From: Eledone cirrhosa
Taxonomy: Eukaryota
Assembly: GCA_964016885.1 (NCBI GenBank)
Contig: OZ024760.1
Span: 3,100,001 to 3,164,000, forward strand
Reading direction: 5' to 3'
Length of the DNA stretch: 64,000 bases
The notes beneath the pieces are model-generated. The model was given only the letters and a program-made list of their open reading frames with translations. It ran no database searches and was not told the DNA's origin. Positions 27,801 to 42,800 of the stretch are shown here, piece by piece (the stretch's first letter is position 1; each line of letters opens with the position of its first letter). A program made the position numbers and the translations under genes.

Positions 27801-30800
27801 CTTGGTCTGATCTGACAATCTACAGATAGTATCAGCAATGGAAAGACCAATGGAAACATTGTTTTCTTGGTGTGATCTGACAATCTACAGATAGTATCAG
27901 CAATGGAAAGACCAATGGAAACATTGTTTCCTTGGTCTGATCTGACAATCTACAGATAGTATCAGCAATGGAAAGACCAATGGAAACATAGTTTCCTTGG
28001 TCTGATCTGACAATCTACAGATAGTATCAGCAATGGAAAGACCAATGGAAACATTGTTTTCTTGGTCTGATCTGACAATCTACAGATAGTATCAGCAATG
28101 GAAAGACCAATGGAAACATTGTTTTCTTGGTGTGATCTGACAATCTACAGATAGTATCAGCAATGGAAAGACCAATGGAAACATTGTTTCCTTGGTCTGA
28201 TCTGACAATCTACAGATAGTATCAGCAATGGAAAGACCAATGGAAACATTGTTTTCTTGGTGTGATCTGACAATCTACAGATAGTATCAGCAATGGAAAG
28301 ACCAATGGAAACATTGTTTCCTTGGTCTGATCTGACAATCTACAGATAGTATCAGCAATGGAAAGACCAATGGAAACATTGTTTTCTTGGTGTGATCTGA
28401 CAATCTACAGATAGTATCAGCAATGGAAAGACCAATGGAAACATTGTTTCCTTGGTCTGATCTGACAATCTACAGATAGTATCAGCAATGGAAAGACCAA
28501 TGGAAACATTGTTTCCTTGGTGTGATCTGACAATCTACAGATAGTATCAGCAATGGAAAGACCAATGGAAACATTGTTTCCTTGGTCTGATCTGACAATC
28601 TACAGATAGTATCAGCAATGGAAAGACCAATGGAAACATTGTTTTCTTGGTGTGATCTGACAATCTACAGATAGTATCAGCAATGGAAAGACCAATGGAA
28701 ACATTGTTTCCTTGGTCTGATCTGACAATCTACAGATAGTATCAGCAATGGAAAGACCAATGGAAACATTGTTTCCTTGGTGTGATCTGACAATCTACAG
28801 ATAGTATCAGCAATGGAAAGACCAATGGAAACATTGTTTCCTTGGTCTGATCTGACAATCTACAGATAGTATCAGCAATGGAAAGACCAATGGAAACATT
28901 GTTTTCTTGGTGTGATCTGACAATCTACAGATAGTATCAGCAATGGAAAGACCAATGGAAACATTGTTTTCTTGGTGTGATCTGACAATCTACAGATAGT
29001 ATCAGCAATGGAAAGACCAATGGAAACATTGTTTCCTTGGTCTGATCTGACAATCTACAGATAGTATCAGTAATGGAAAGACCAATGGAAACATTGTTTC
29101 CTTGGTCTGATCTGACAATCTACAGATAGTATCAGCAATGGAAAGACCAATGGAAACATTGTTTTCTTGGTGTGATCTGACAATCTACAGACAGTATCAG
29201 CAATGGAAAGACCAATGGAAACATTGTTTCCTTGGTCTGATCTGACAATCTACAGATAGTATCAGCAATGGAAAGACCAATGGAAACATTGTTTCCTTGG
29301 TGTGATCTGACAATCTACAGATAGTATCAGCAATGGAAAGACCAATGGAAACATTGTTTCCTTGGTCTGATCTGACAATCTACAGATAGTATCAGTAATG
29401 GAAAGACCAATGGAAACATTGTTTTCTTGGTGTGATCTGACAATCTACAGACAGTATCCGCAATGGAAAGACCAATGGAAACATTGTTTTCTTGGTGTGA
29501 TCTGACAATCTACAGACAGTATCAGCAATGGAAAGACCAATGGAAACATTGTTTCCTTGTGTGATCTGACAAATCTACAGATAGTATCAGCAATGGAAAG
29601 ACCAATGGAAACATTGTTTCCTTGGTCTGATCTGACAATCTACAGATAGTATCAGCAATGGAAAGACCAATGGAAACATTGTTTCCTTGGTGTGATCTGA
29701 CAATCTACAGATAGTATCAGTAATGGAAAGACCAATGGAAACATTGTTTTCTTGGTGTGATCTGACAATCTACAGACAGTATCAGCAATGGAAAGACCAA
29801 TGGAAACATTGTTTTCTTGGTCTGATCTGACAATCTACAGACAGTATCAGCAATGGAAAGACCAATGGAAACATTGTTTTCTTGGTCTGATCTGACAATC
29901 TACAGACAGTATCAGCAATAGAAAGACCAATGGAAACATTGTTTTCTTGGTCTGATCTGACAATCTACAGATAGTATCAGCAATAGAAAGACCAATGGAA
30001 ACATTGTTTTCTTGGTCTGATCTGACAATCTACAGACAGTATCAGCAATGGAAAGACCAATGGAAACATTGTTTTCTTGGTCTGATCTGACAATCTACAG
30101 ACAGTATCAGCAATAGAAAGACCAATGGAAACATTGTTTTCTTGGTCTGATCTGACAATCTACAGATAGTATCAGCAATAGAAAGACCAATGGAAACATT
30201 GTTTTCTTGGTCTGATCTGACAATCTACAGACAGTATCAGCAATGGAAAGACCAATGGAAACATTGTTTTCTTGGTCTGATCTGACAATCTACAGACAGT
30301 ATCAGCAATGGAAAGACCAATGGAAACATTGTTTTCTTGGTCTGATCTGACAATCTACAGACAGTATCAGCAATGGAAAGACCAATGGAAACATTGTTTC
30401 CTTGGTGTGATCTGACAATCTACAGACAGTATCAGCAATGGAAAGACCAATGGAAACATTGTTCCTGGTCTGATCTGACAATCTACAGATAGTATCAGCA
30501 ATGGAAAGACCAATGGAAACATTGTTTTCTTGGTCTGATCTGACAATCTACAGATAGTATCAGCAATGGAAAGACCAATGGAAACATTGTTTCCTTGGTG
30601 TGATCTGACAATCTACAGATAGTATCAGCAATGGAAAGACAATGGAAACATTGTTTTCTTGGTCTGATCTGACAATCTACAGATAGTATCAGCAATGGAA
30701 AGACCAATGGAAACATTGTTTCCTTGGTGTGATCTGACAATCTACAGACAGTATCAGCAATGGAAAGACCAATGGAAACATTGTTTTCTTGGTCTGATCT

Positions 30801-33800
30801 GACAATCTACAGATAGTATCAGCAATGGAAAGACCAATGGAAACATTGTTTTCTTGTCTGATCTGACAATCTACAGATAGTATCAGCAATGAAAGACCAA
30901 TGGAAACATTGTTTTCTTGGTCTGATCTGACAATCTACAGACAGTATCAGCAATGGAAAGACCAATGGAAACATTGTTTCCTTGGTGTGATCTGACAATC
31001 TACAGACAGTATCAGCAATGGAAAGACCAATGGAAACATTGTTTTCTTGGTCTGATCTGACAATCTACAGATAGTATCAGCAATGGAAAGACCAATGGAA
31101 ACATTGTTTTCTTGGTGTGATCTGACAATCTACAGATAGTATCAGCAATGGAAAGACCAATGGAAACATTGTTTTCTTGGTCTGATCTGACAATCTACAG
31201 ACAGTATCAGCAATGGAAAGACCAATGGAAACATTGTTTCCTTGGTGTGATCTGACAATCTACAGACAGTATCAGTAATGAAAGACCAATGGAAACATTG
31301 TTTCCTTGGTCTGATCTGACAATCTACAGATAGTATCAGCAATGGAAAGACCAATGGAAACATTGTTTTCTTGGTCTGATCTGACAATCTACAGATAGTA
31401 TCAGTAATGGAAAGACCAATGGAAACATTGTTTCCTTGGTGTGATCTGACAATCTACAGATAGTATCAGCAATGGAAAGACCAATGGAAACATTGTTTTC
31501 TTGGTCTGATCTGACAATCTACAGACAGTATCAGCAATGGAAAGACCAATGGAAACATTGTTTTCTTGGTCTGATCTGACAATCTACAGATAGTATCAGC
31601 AATGGAAAGACCAATGGAAACATTGTTTTCTTGGTCTGATCTGACAATCTACAGACAGTATCAGCAATGGAAAGACCAATGGAAACATTGTTTTCTTGGT
31701 CTGATCTGACAATCTACAGACAGTATCAGCAATGGAAAGACCAATGGAAACATTGTTTTCTTGGTCTGATCTGACAATCTACAGATAGTATCAGTAATGG
31801 AAAGACCAATGGAAACATTGTTTCCTTGGTGTGATCTGACAATCTACAGATAGTATCAGCAATGGAAAGACCAATGGAAACATTGTTTTCTTGGTCTGAT
31901 CTGACAATCTACAGACAGTATCAGCAATGGAAAGACCAATGGAAACATTGTTTTCTTGGTCTGATCTGACAATCTACAGATAGTATCAGCAATGGAAAGA
32001 CCAATGGAAACATTGTTTTCTTGGTGTGATCTGACAATCTACAGACAGTATCAGCAATGGAAAGACCAATGGAAACATTGTTTTCTTGGTCTGATCTGAC
32101 AATCTACAGATAGTATCAGCAATGGAAAGACCAATGGAAACATTGTTTTCTTGGTCTGATCTGACAATCTACAGATAGTATCAGCAATGGAAAGACCAAT
32201 GGAAACATTGTTTTCTTGGTGTGATCTGACAATCTACAGATAGTATCAGCAATGGAAAGACCAATGGAAACATTGTTTTCTTGGTCTGATCTGACAATCT
32301 ACAGATAGTATCAGCAATGGAAAGACCAATGGAAACATTGTTTCCTTGGTGTGATCTGACAATCTACAGACAGTATCAGCAATGGAAAGACCAATGGAAA
32401 CATTGTTTTCTTGGTCTGATCTGACAATCTACAGATAGTATCAGCAATGGAAAGACCAATGGAAACATTGTTTCCTTGGTCTGATCTGACAATCTACAGA
32501 TAGTATCAGCAATGGAAAGACCAATGGAAACATTGTTTTCTTGGTCTTGATCTGACAATCTACAGATAGTATCAGCAATGGAAAGACCAATGGAAACATT
32601 GTTTCCTTGGTCTGATCTGACAATCTACAGATAGTATCAGCAATGGAAAGACCAATGGAAACATTGTTTCCTTGGTCTGATCTGACAATCTACAGATAGT
32701 ATCAGTAATGGAAAGACCAATGGAAACATTGTTTCCTTGGTGTGATCTGACAATCTACAGATAGTATCAGCAATGGAAAGACCAATGGAAACATTGTTTC
32801 CTTGGTGTGATCTGACAATCTACAGACAGTATCAGCAATGGAAAGACCAATGGAAACATTGTTTTCTTGGTCTGATCTGACAATCTACAGATAGTATCAG
32901 CAATGGAAAGACCAATGGAAACATTGTTTCCTTGGTGTGATCTGACAATCTACAGATAGTATCAGCAATGGAAAGACCAATGGAAACATTGTTTCCTTGG
33001 TGTGATCTGACAATCTACAGATAGTATCAGTAATGGAAAGACCAATGGAAACATTGTTTTCTTGGTCTGATCTGACAATCTACAGATAGTATCAGCAATG
33101 GAAAGACCAATGGAAACATTGTTTCCTTGGTGTGATCTGACAATCTACAGATAGTATCAGCAATGGAAAGACCAATGGAAACATTGTTTCCTTGGTCTGA
33201 TCTGACAATCTACAGATAGTATCAGCAATGGAAAGACCAATGGAAACATTGTTTCCTTGGTGTGATCTGACAATCTACAGATAGTATCAGCAATGGAAAG
33301 ACCAATGGAAACATTGTTTCCTTGGTCTGATCTGACAATCTACAGATAGTATCAGCAATGGAAAGACCAATGGAAACATTGTTTTCTTGGTCTGATCTGA
33401 CAATCTACAGATAGTATCAGCAATGGAAAGACCAATGGAAACATTGTTTCCTTGGTGTGATCTGACAATCTACAGACAGTATCAGTAATGGAAAGACCAA
33501 TGGAAACATTGTTTTCTTGGTCTGATCTGACAATCTACAGATAGTATCAGCAATGGAAAGACCAATGGAAACATTGTTTCCTTGGTGTGATCTGACAATC
33601 TACAGATAGTATCAGCAATGGAAAGACCAATGGAAACATTGTTTCCTTGGTCTGATCTGACAATCTACAGATAGTATCAGCAATGGAAAGACCAATGGAA
33701 ACATTGTTTCCTTGGTCTGATCTGACAATCTACAGATAGTATCAGCAATGGAAGACCAATGGAAACATTGTTTTCTTGGTCTGATCTGACAATCTACAGA

Positions 33801-36800
33801 TAGTATCAGCAATGGAAAGACCAATGGAAACATTGTTTCCTTGGTGTGATCTGACAATCTACAGATAGTATCAGCAATGGAAAGACCAATGGAAACATTG
33901 TTTCCTTGGTGTGATCTGACAATCTACAGACAGTATCAGTAATGGAAAGACCAATGGAAACATTGTTTTCTTGGTGTGATCTGACAATCTACAGATAGTA
34001 TCAGTAATGGAAAGACCAATGGAAACATTGTTTCCTTGGTGTGATCTGACAATCTACAGATAGTATCAGTAATGGAAAGACCAATGGAAACATTGTTTCC
34101 TTGGTCTGATCTGACAATCTACAGATAGTATCAGCAATGGAAAGACCAATGGAAACATTGTTTTCTTGGTGTGATCTGACAATCTACAGATAGTATCAGC
34201 AATGGAAAGACCAATGGAAACATTGTTTCCTTGGTCTGATCTGACAATCTACAGATAGTATCAGTAATGGAAAGACCAATGGAAACATTGTTTTCTTGGT
34301 GTGATCTGACAATCTACAGATAGTATCAGCAATGGAAAGACCAATGGAAACATTGTTTCCTTGGTGTGATCTGACAATCTACAGACAGTATCAGTAATGG
34401 AAAGACCAATGGAAACATTGTTTCCTTGGTCAGATCTGACAATCTACAGACAGTATCAGTAATGGAAAGACCAATGGAAACATTGTTTTCTTGGTGTGAT
34501 CTGACAATCTACAGATAGTATCAGCAATGGAAAGACCAATGGAAACATTGTTTTCTTGGTGTGATCTGACAATCTACAGATAGTATCAGCAATGGAAAGA
34601 CCAATGGAAACATTGTTTTCTTGGTGTGATCTGACAATCTACAGATAGTATCAGCAATGGAAAGACCAATGGAAACATTGTTTTCTTGGTGTGATCTGAC
34701 AATCTACAGATAGTATCAGCAATGGAAAGACCAATGGAAACATTGTTTCCTTGGTCTGATCTGACAATCTACAGACAGTATCAGTAATGGAAAGACCAAT
34801 GGAAACATTGTTTTCTTGGTGTGATCTGACAATCTACAGATAGTATCAGTAATGGAAAGACCAATGGAAACATTGTTTCCTTGGTGTGATCTGACAATCT
34901 ACAGATAGTATCAGTAATGGAAAGACCAATGGAAACATTGTTTCCTTGGTGTGATCTGACAATCTACAGATAGTATCAGCAATGGAAAGACCAATGGAAA
35001 CATTGTTTCCTTGGTGTGATCTGACAATCTACAGATAGTATCAGTAATGGAAAGACCAATGGAAACATTGTTTCCTTGGTGTGATCTGACAATCTACAGA
35101 TAGTATCAGTAATGGAAAGACCAATGGAAACATTGTTTCCTTGGTGTGATCTGACAATCTACAGATAGTATCAGTAATGGAAAGACCAATGGAAACATTG
35201 TTTCCTTGGTGTGATCTGACAATCTACAGATAGTATCAGTAATGGAAAGACCAATGGAAACATTGTTTCCTTGGTGTGATCTGACAATCTACAGATAGTA
35301 TCAGTAATGGAAAGACCAATGGAAACATTGTTTCCTTGGTGTGATCTGACAATCTACAGATAGTATCAGTAATGGAAAGACCAATGGAAACATTGTTTCC
35401 TTGGTGTGATCTGACAATCTACAGATAGTATCAGCAATGGAAAGACCAATGGAAACATTGTTTCCTTGGTGTGATCTGACAATCTACAGATAGTATCAGT
35501 AATGGAAAGACCAATGGAAACATTGTTTCCTTGGTGTGATCTGACAATCTACAGATAGTATCAGTAATGGAAAGACCAATGGAAACATTGTTTCCTTGGT
35601 GTGATCTGACAATCTACAGATAGTATCAGCAATGGAAAGACCAATGGAAACATTGTTTCCTTGGTGTGATCTGACAATCTACAGATAGTATCAGTAATGG
35701 AAAGACCAATGGAAACATTGTTTCCTTGGTGTGATCTGACAATCTACAGATAGTATCAGTAATGGAAAGACCAATGGAAACATTGTTTCCTTGGTCTGAT
35801 CTGACAATCTACAGATAGTATCAGCAATGGAAAGACCAATGGAAACATTGTTTTCTTGGTGTGATCTGACAATCTACAGATAGTATCAGCAATGGAAAGA
35901 CCAATGGAAACATTGTTTCCTTGGTGTGATCTGACAATCTACAGATAGTATCAGTAATGGAAAGACCAATGGAAACATTGTTTCCTTGGTGTGATCTGAC
36001 AATCTACAGATAGTATCAGCAATGGAAAGACCAATGGAAACATTGTTTTCTTGGTGTGATCTGACAATCTACAGATAGTATCAGCAATGGAAAGACCAAT
36101 GGAAACATTGTTTCCTTGGTGTGATCTGACAATCTACAGATAGTATCAGTAATGGAAAGACCAATGGAAACATTGTTTTCTTGGTCAGATCTGACAATCT
36201 ACAGATAGTATCAGTAATGGAAAGACCAATGGAAACATTGTTTCCTTGGTGTGATCTGACAATCTACAGATAGTATCAGTAATGGAAAGACCAATGGAAA
36301 CATTGTTTCCTTGGTGTGATCTGACAATCTACAGATAGTATCAGCAATGGAAAGACCAATGGAAACATTGTTTTCTTGGTGTGATCTGACAATCTACAGA
36401 TAGTATCAGCAATGGAAAGACCAATGGAAACATTGTTTTCTTGGTGTGATCTGACAATCTACAGATAGTATCAGCAATGGAAAGACCAATGGAAACATTG
36501 TTTCCTTGGTGTGATCTGACAATCTACAGATAGTATCAGTAATGGAAAGACCAATGGAAACATTGTTTTCTTGGTCAGATCTGACAATCTACAGATAGTA
36601 TCAGTAATGGAAAGACCAATGGAAACATTGTTTCCTTGGTGTGATCTGACAATCTACAGATAGTATCAGTAATGGAAAGACCAATGGAAACATTGTTTCC
36701 TTGGTGTGATCTGACAATCTACAGATAGTATCAGTAATGGAAAGACCAATGGAAACATTGTTTTCTTGGTGTGATCTGACAATCTACAGACAGTATCAGC

Positions 36801-39800
36801 AATGGAAAGACCAATGGAAACATTGTTTTCTTGGTCAGATCTGACAATCTACAGATAGTATCAGTAATGGAAAGACCAATGGAAACATTGTTTCCTTGGT
36901 GTGATCTGACAATCTACAGACAGTATCAGCAATGGAAAGACCAATGGAAACATTGTTTTCTTGGTGTGATCTGACAATCTACAGATAGTATCAGTAATGG
37001 AAAGACCAATGGAAACATTGTTTCCTTGGTGTGATCTGACAATCTACAGATAGTATCAGTAATGGAAAGACCAATGGAAACATTGTTTCCTTGGTGTGAT
37101 CTGACAATCTACAGATAGTATCAGTAATGGAAAGACCAATGGAAACATTGTTTCCTTGGTGTGATCTGACAATCTACAGATAGTATCAGTAATGGAAAGA
37201 CCAATGGAAACATTGTTTCCTTGGTGTGATCTGACAATCTACAGATAGTATCAGTAATGGAAAGACCAATGGAAACATTGTTTCCTTGGTGTGATCTGAC
37301 AATCTACAGATAGTATCAGTAATGGAAAGACCAATGGAAACATTGTTTCCTTGGTGTGATCTGACAATCTACAGATAGTATCAGTAATGGAAAGACCAAT
37401 GGAAACATTGTTTCCTTGGTGTGATCTGACAATCTACAGATAGTATCAGTAATGGAAAGACCAATGGAAACATTGTTTCCTTGGTGTGATCTGACAATCT
37501 ACAGATAGTATCAGTAATGGAAAGACCAATGGAAACATTGTTTCCTTGGTGTGATCTGACAATCTACAGATAGTATCAGCAATGGAAAGACCAATGGAAA
37601 CATTGTTTCCTTGGTGTGATCTGACAATCTACAGACAGTATCAGTAATGGAAAGACCAATGGAAACATTGTTTTCTTGGTGTGATCTGACAATCTACAGA
37701 TAGTATCAGTAATGGAAAGACCAATGGAAACATTGTTTCCTTGGTCTGATCTGACAATCTACAGATAGTATCAGCAATGGAAAGACCAATGGAAACATTG
37801 TTTCCTTGGTCTAATCTGACAATCTACAGACAGTATCAGTAATGGAAAGACCAATGGAAACATTGTTTTCTTGGTGTGATCTGACAATCTACAGATAGTA
37901 TCAGTAATGGAAAGACCAATGGAAACATTGTTTTCTTGGTGTGATCTGACAATCTACAGACAGTATCAGCAATGGAAAGACCAATGGAAACATTGTTTTC
38001 TTGGTGTGATCTGACAATCTACAGACAGTATCAGCAATGGAAAGACCAATGGAAACATTGTCTCCTTGGTCTGATCTGACAATCTACAGATAGTATCAGC
38101 AATGGAAAGACCAATGGAAACATTGTCTTCTTGGTCTGATCTGACAATCTACAGATAGTATCAGTAATGGAAAGACCAATGGAAACATTGTCTTCTTGGT
38201 CTGATCTGACAATCTACAGATAGTATCAGTAATGGAAAGACCAATGGAAACATTGTTTTCTTGGTCTAATCTGACAATCTACAGACAGTATCAGTAATGG
38301 AAAGACCAATGGAAACATTGTTTTCTTGGTCTAATCTGACAATCTACAGACAGTATCAGTAATGGAAAGACCAATGGAAACATTGTTTTCTTGGTGTGAT
38401 CTGACAATCTACAGATAGTATCAGCAATGGAAAGACCAATGGAAACATTGTTTTCTTGGTGTGATCTGACAATCTACAGATAGTATCAGTAATGGAAAGA
38501 CCAATGGAAACATTGTTTTCTTGGTGTGATCTGACAATCTACAGATAGTATCAGTAATGGAAAGACCAATGGAAACATTGTTTTCTTGGTGTGATCTGAC
38601 AATCTACAGACAGTATCAGCAATGGAAAGACCAATGGAAACATTGTTTTCTTGGTGTGATCTGACAATCTACAGATAGTATCAGTAATGGAAAGACCAAT
38701 GGAAACATTGTCTTCTTGGTCTGATCTGACAATCTACAGATAGTATCAGTAATGGAAAGACCAATGGAAACATTGTTTTCTTGGTCTGATCTGACAATCT
38801 ACAGATAGTATCAGTAATGGAAAGACCAATGGAAACATTGTTTTCTTGGTGTGATCTGACAATCTACAGATAGTATCAGCAATGGAAAGACCAATGGAAA
38901 CATTGTTTTCTTGGTGTGATCTGACAATCTACAGATAGTATCAGTAATGGAAAGACCAATGGAAACATTGTTTTCTTGGTGTGATCTGACAATCTACAGA
39001 TAGTATCAGTAATGGAAAGACCAATGGAAACATTGTTTTCTTGGTGTGATCTGACAATCTACAGACAGTATCAGCAATGGAAAGACCAATGGAAACATTG
39101 TTTTCTTGGTGTGATCTGACAATCTACAGATAGTATCAGTAATGGAAAGACCAATGGAAACATTGTCTTCTTGGTCTGATCTGACAATCTACAGATAGTA
39201 TCAGTAATGGAAAGACCAATGGAAACATTGTTTTCTTGGTCTGATCTGACAATCTACAGATAGTATCAGTAATGGAAAGACCAATGGAAACATTGTTTTC
39301 TTGGTGTGATCTGACAATCTACAGATAGTATCAGTAATGGAAAGACCAATGGAAACATTGTTTTCTTGGTCTAATCTGATAATCTACAGACAGTATCAGT
39401 AATGGAAAGACCAATGGAAACATTGTTTTCTTGGTGTGATCTGACAATCTACAGACAGTATCAGCAATAGAAAGACCAATGGAAACATTGTTTCCTTGGT
39501 GTGATCTGACAATCTACAGATAGTATCAGTAATGGAAAGACCAATGGAAACATTGTTTCCTTGGTGTGATCTGACAATCTACAGATAGTATCAGTAATGG
39601 AAAGACCAATGGAAACATTGTTTTCTTGGTGTGATCTGACAATCTACAGACAGTATCAGCAATGGAAAGACCAATGGAAACATTGTTTTCTTGGTGTGAT
39701 CTGACAATCTACAGATAGTATCAGTAATGGAAAGACCAATGGAAACATTGTTTCCTTGGTGTGATCTGACAATCTACAGATAGTATCAGTAATGGAAAGA

Positions 39801-42800
39801 CCAATGGAAACATTGTTTTCTTGGTGTGATCTGACAATCTACAGACAGTATCAGCAATGGAAAGACCAATGGAAACATTGTTTTCTTGGTGTGATCTGAC
39901 AATCTACAGATAGTATCAGTAATGGAAAGACCAATGGAAACATTGTTTCCTTGGTGTGATCTGACAATCTACAGATAGTATCAGTAATGGAAAGACCAAT
40001 GGAAACATTGTTTCCTTGGTGTGATCTGACAATCTACAGATAGTATCAGTAATGGAAAGACCAATGGAAACATTGTTTTCTTGGTGTGATCTGACAATCT
40101 ACAGATAGTATCAGTAATGGAAAGACCAATGGAAACATTGTTTCCTTGGTGTGATCTGACAATCTACAGATAGTATCAGTAATGGAAAGACCAATGGAAA
40201 CATTGTTTCCTTGGTGTGATCTGACAATCTACAGATAGTATCAGTAATGGAAAGACCAATGGAAACATTGTTTCCTTGGTGTGATCTGACAATCTACAGA
40301 TAGTATCAGTAATGGAAAGACCAATGGAAACATTGTTTCCTTGGTGTGATCTGACAATCTACAGATAGTATCAGTAATGGAAAGACCAATGGAAACATTG
40401 TTTCCTTGGTGTGATCTGACAATCTACAGATAGTATCAGTAATGGAAAGACCAATGGAAACATTGTTTCCTTGGTGTGATCTGACAATCTACAGATAGTA
40501 TCAGTAATGGAAAGACCAATGGAAACATTGTTTCCTTGGTGTGATCTGACAATCTACAGATAGTATCAGTAATGGAAAGACCAATGGAAACATTGTTTCC
40601 TTGGTGTGATCTGACAATCTACAGATAGTATCAGCAATGGAAAGACCAATGGAAACATTGTTTCCTTGGTGTGATCTGACAATCTACAGACAGTATCAGT
40701 AATGGAAAGACCAATGGAAACATTGTTTTCTTGGTGTGATCTGACAATCTACAGATAGTATCAGTAATGGAAAGACCAATGGAAACATTGTTTTCTTGGT
40801 GTGATCTGACAATCTACAGACAGTATCAGCAATGGAAAGACCAATGGAAACATTGTTTTCTTGGTGTGATCTGACAATCTACAGATAGTATCAGTAATGG
40901 AAAGACCAATGGAAACATTGTCTTCTTGGTCTGATCTGACAATCTACAGATAGTATCAGTAATGGAAAGACCAATGGAAACATTGTTTTCTTGGTCTAAT
41001 CTGACAATCTACAGACAGTATCAGTAATGGAAAGACCAATGGAAACATTGTTTTCTTGGTCTAATCTGACAATCTACAGACAGTATCAGCAATGGAAAGA
41101 CCAATGGAAACATTGTTTTCTTGGTCTAATCTGACAATCTACAGACAGTATCAGTAATGGAAAGACCAATGGAAACATTGTTTTCTTGGTCTAATCTGAC
41201 AATCTACAGACAGTATCAGTAATGGAAAGACCAATGGAAACATTGTTTCCTTGGTCTGATCTGACAATCTACAGATAGTATCAGTAATGGAAAGACCAAT
41301 GGAAACATTGTTTTCTTGGTGTGATCTGACAATCTACAGATAGTATCAGCAATGGAAAGACCAATGGAAACATTGTTTTCTTGGTGTGATCTGACAATCT
41401 ACAGATAGTATCAGTAATGGAAAGACCAATGGAAACATTGTTTTCTTGGTGTGATCTGACAATCTACAGATAGTATCAGTAATGGAAAGACCAATGGAAA
41501 CATTGTTTTCTTGGTGTGATCTGACAATCTACAGACAGTATCAGCAATGGAAAGACCAATGGAAACATTGTTTCCTTGGTCAGATCTGACAATCTACAGA
41601 CAGTATCAGCAATGGAAAGACCAATGGAAACATTGTTTCCTTGGTCTGATCTGACAATCTACAGATAGTATCAGTAATGGAAAGACCAATGGAAACATTG
41701 TCTTCTTGGTCTGATCTGACAATCTACAGATAGTATCAGTAATGGAAAGACCAATGGAAACATTGTTTTCTTGGTCTGATCTGACAATCTACAGATAGTA
41801 TCAGTAATGGAAAGACCAATGGAAACATTGTTTTCTTGGTGTGATCTGACAATCTACAGATAGTATCAGTAATGGAAAGACCAATGGAAACATTGTTTTC
41901 TTGGTGTGATCTGACAATCTACAGATAGTATCAGTAATGGAAAGACCAATGGAAACATTGTTTTCTTGGTCTGATCTGACAATCTACAGATAGTATCAGT
42001 AATGGAAAGACCAATGGAAACATTGTTTTCTTGGTGTGATCTGACAATCTACAGATAGTATCAGTAATGGAAAGACCAATGGAAACATTGTTTTCTTGGT
42101 GTGATCTGACAATCTACAGATAGTATCAGTAATGGAAAGACCAATGGAAACATTGTTTTCTTGGTCTGATCTGACAATCTACAGATAGTATCAGTAATGG
42201 AAAGACCAATGGAAACATTGTTTTCTTGGTGTGATCTGACAATCTACAGATAGTATCAGTAATGGAAAGACCAATGGAAACATTGTTTTCTTGGTGTGAT
42301 CTGACAATCTACAGATAGTATCAGTAATGGAAAGACCAATGGAAACATTGTTTCCTTGGTCAGATCTGACAATCTACAGATAGTATCAGCAATGGAAAGA
42401 CCAATGGAAACATTGTCTTCTTGGTCTGATCTGACAATCTACAGATAGTATCAGCAATGGAAAGACCAATGGAAACATTGTCTTCTTGGTCTGATCTGAC
42501 AATCTACAGATAGTATCAGCAATGGAAAGACCAATGGAAACATTGTTTTCTTGGTCTGATCTGACAATCTACAGATAGTATCAGCAATGGAAAGACCAAT
42601 GGAAACATTGTCTTCTTGGTCTGATCTGACAATCTACAGATAGTATCAGTAATGGAAAGACCAATGGAAACATTGTCTTCTTGGTCTGATCTGACAATCT
42701 ACAGATAGTATCAGTAATGGAAAGACCAATGGAAACATTGTTTTCTTGGTCTGATCTGACAATCTACAGATAGTATCAGTAATGGAAAGACCAATGGAAA

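Noticed and set aside
29550-33860. Minus-strand ORFs and a cluster of 1-2 bp indels in the middle of the satellite
   Set aside because: The indels are nearly all homopolymer length changes confined to the array centre, typical of long-read consensus error. The ORFs arise only from these frame slips.
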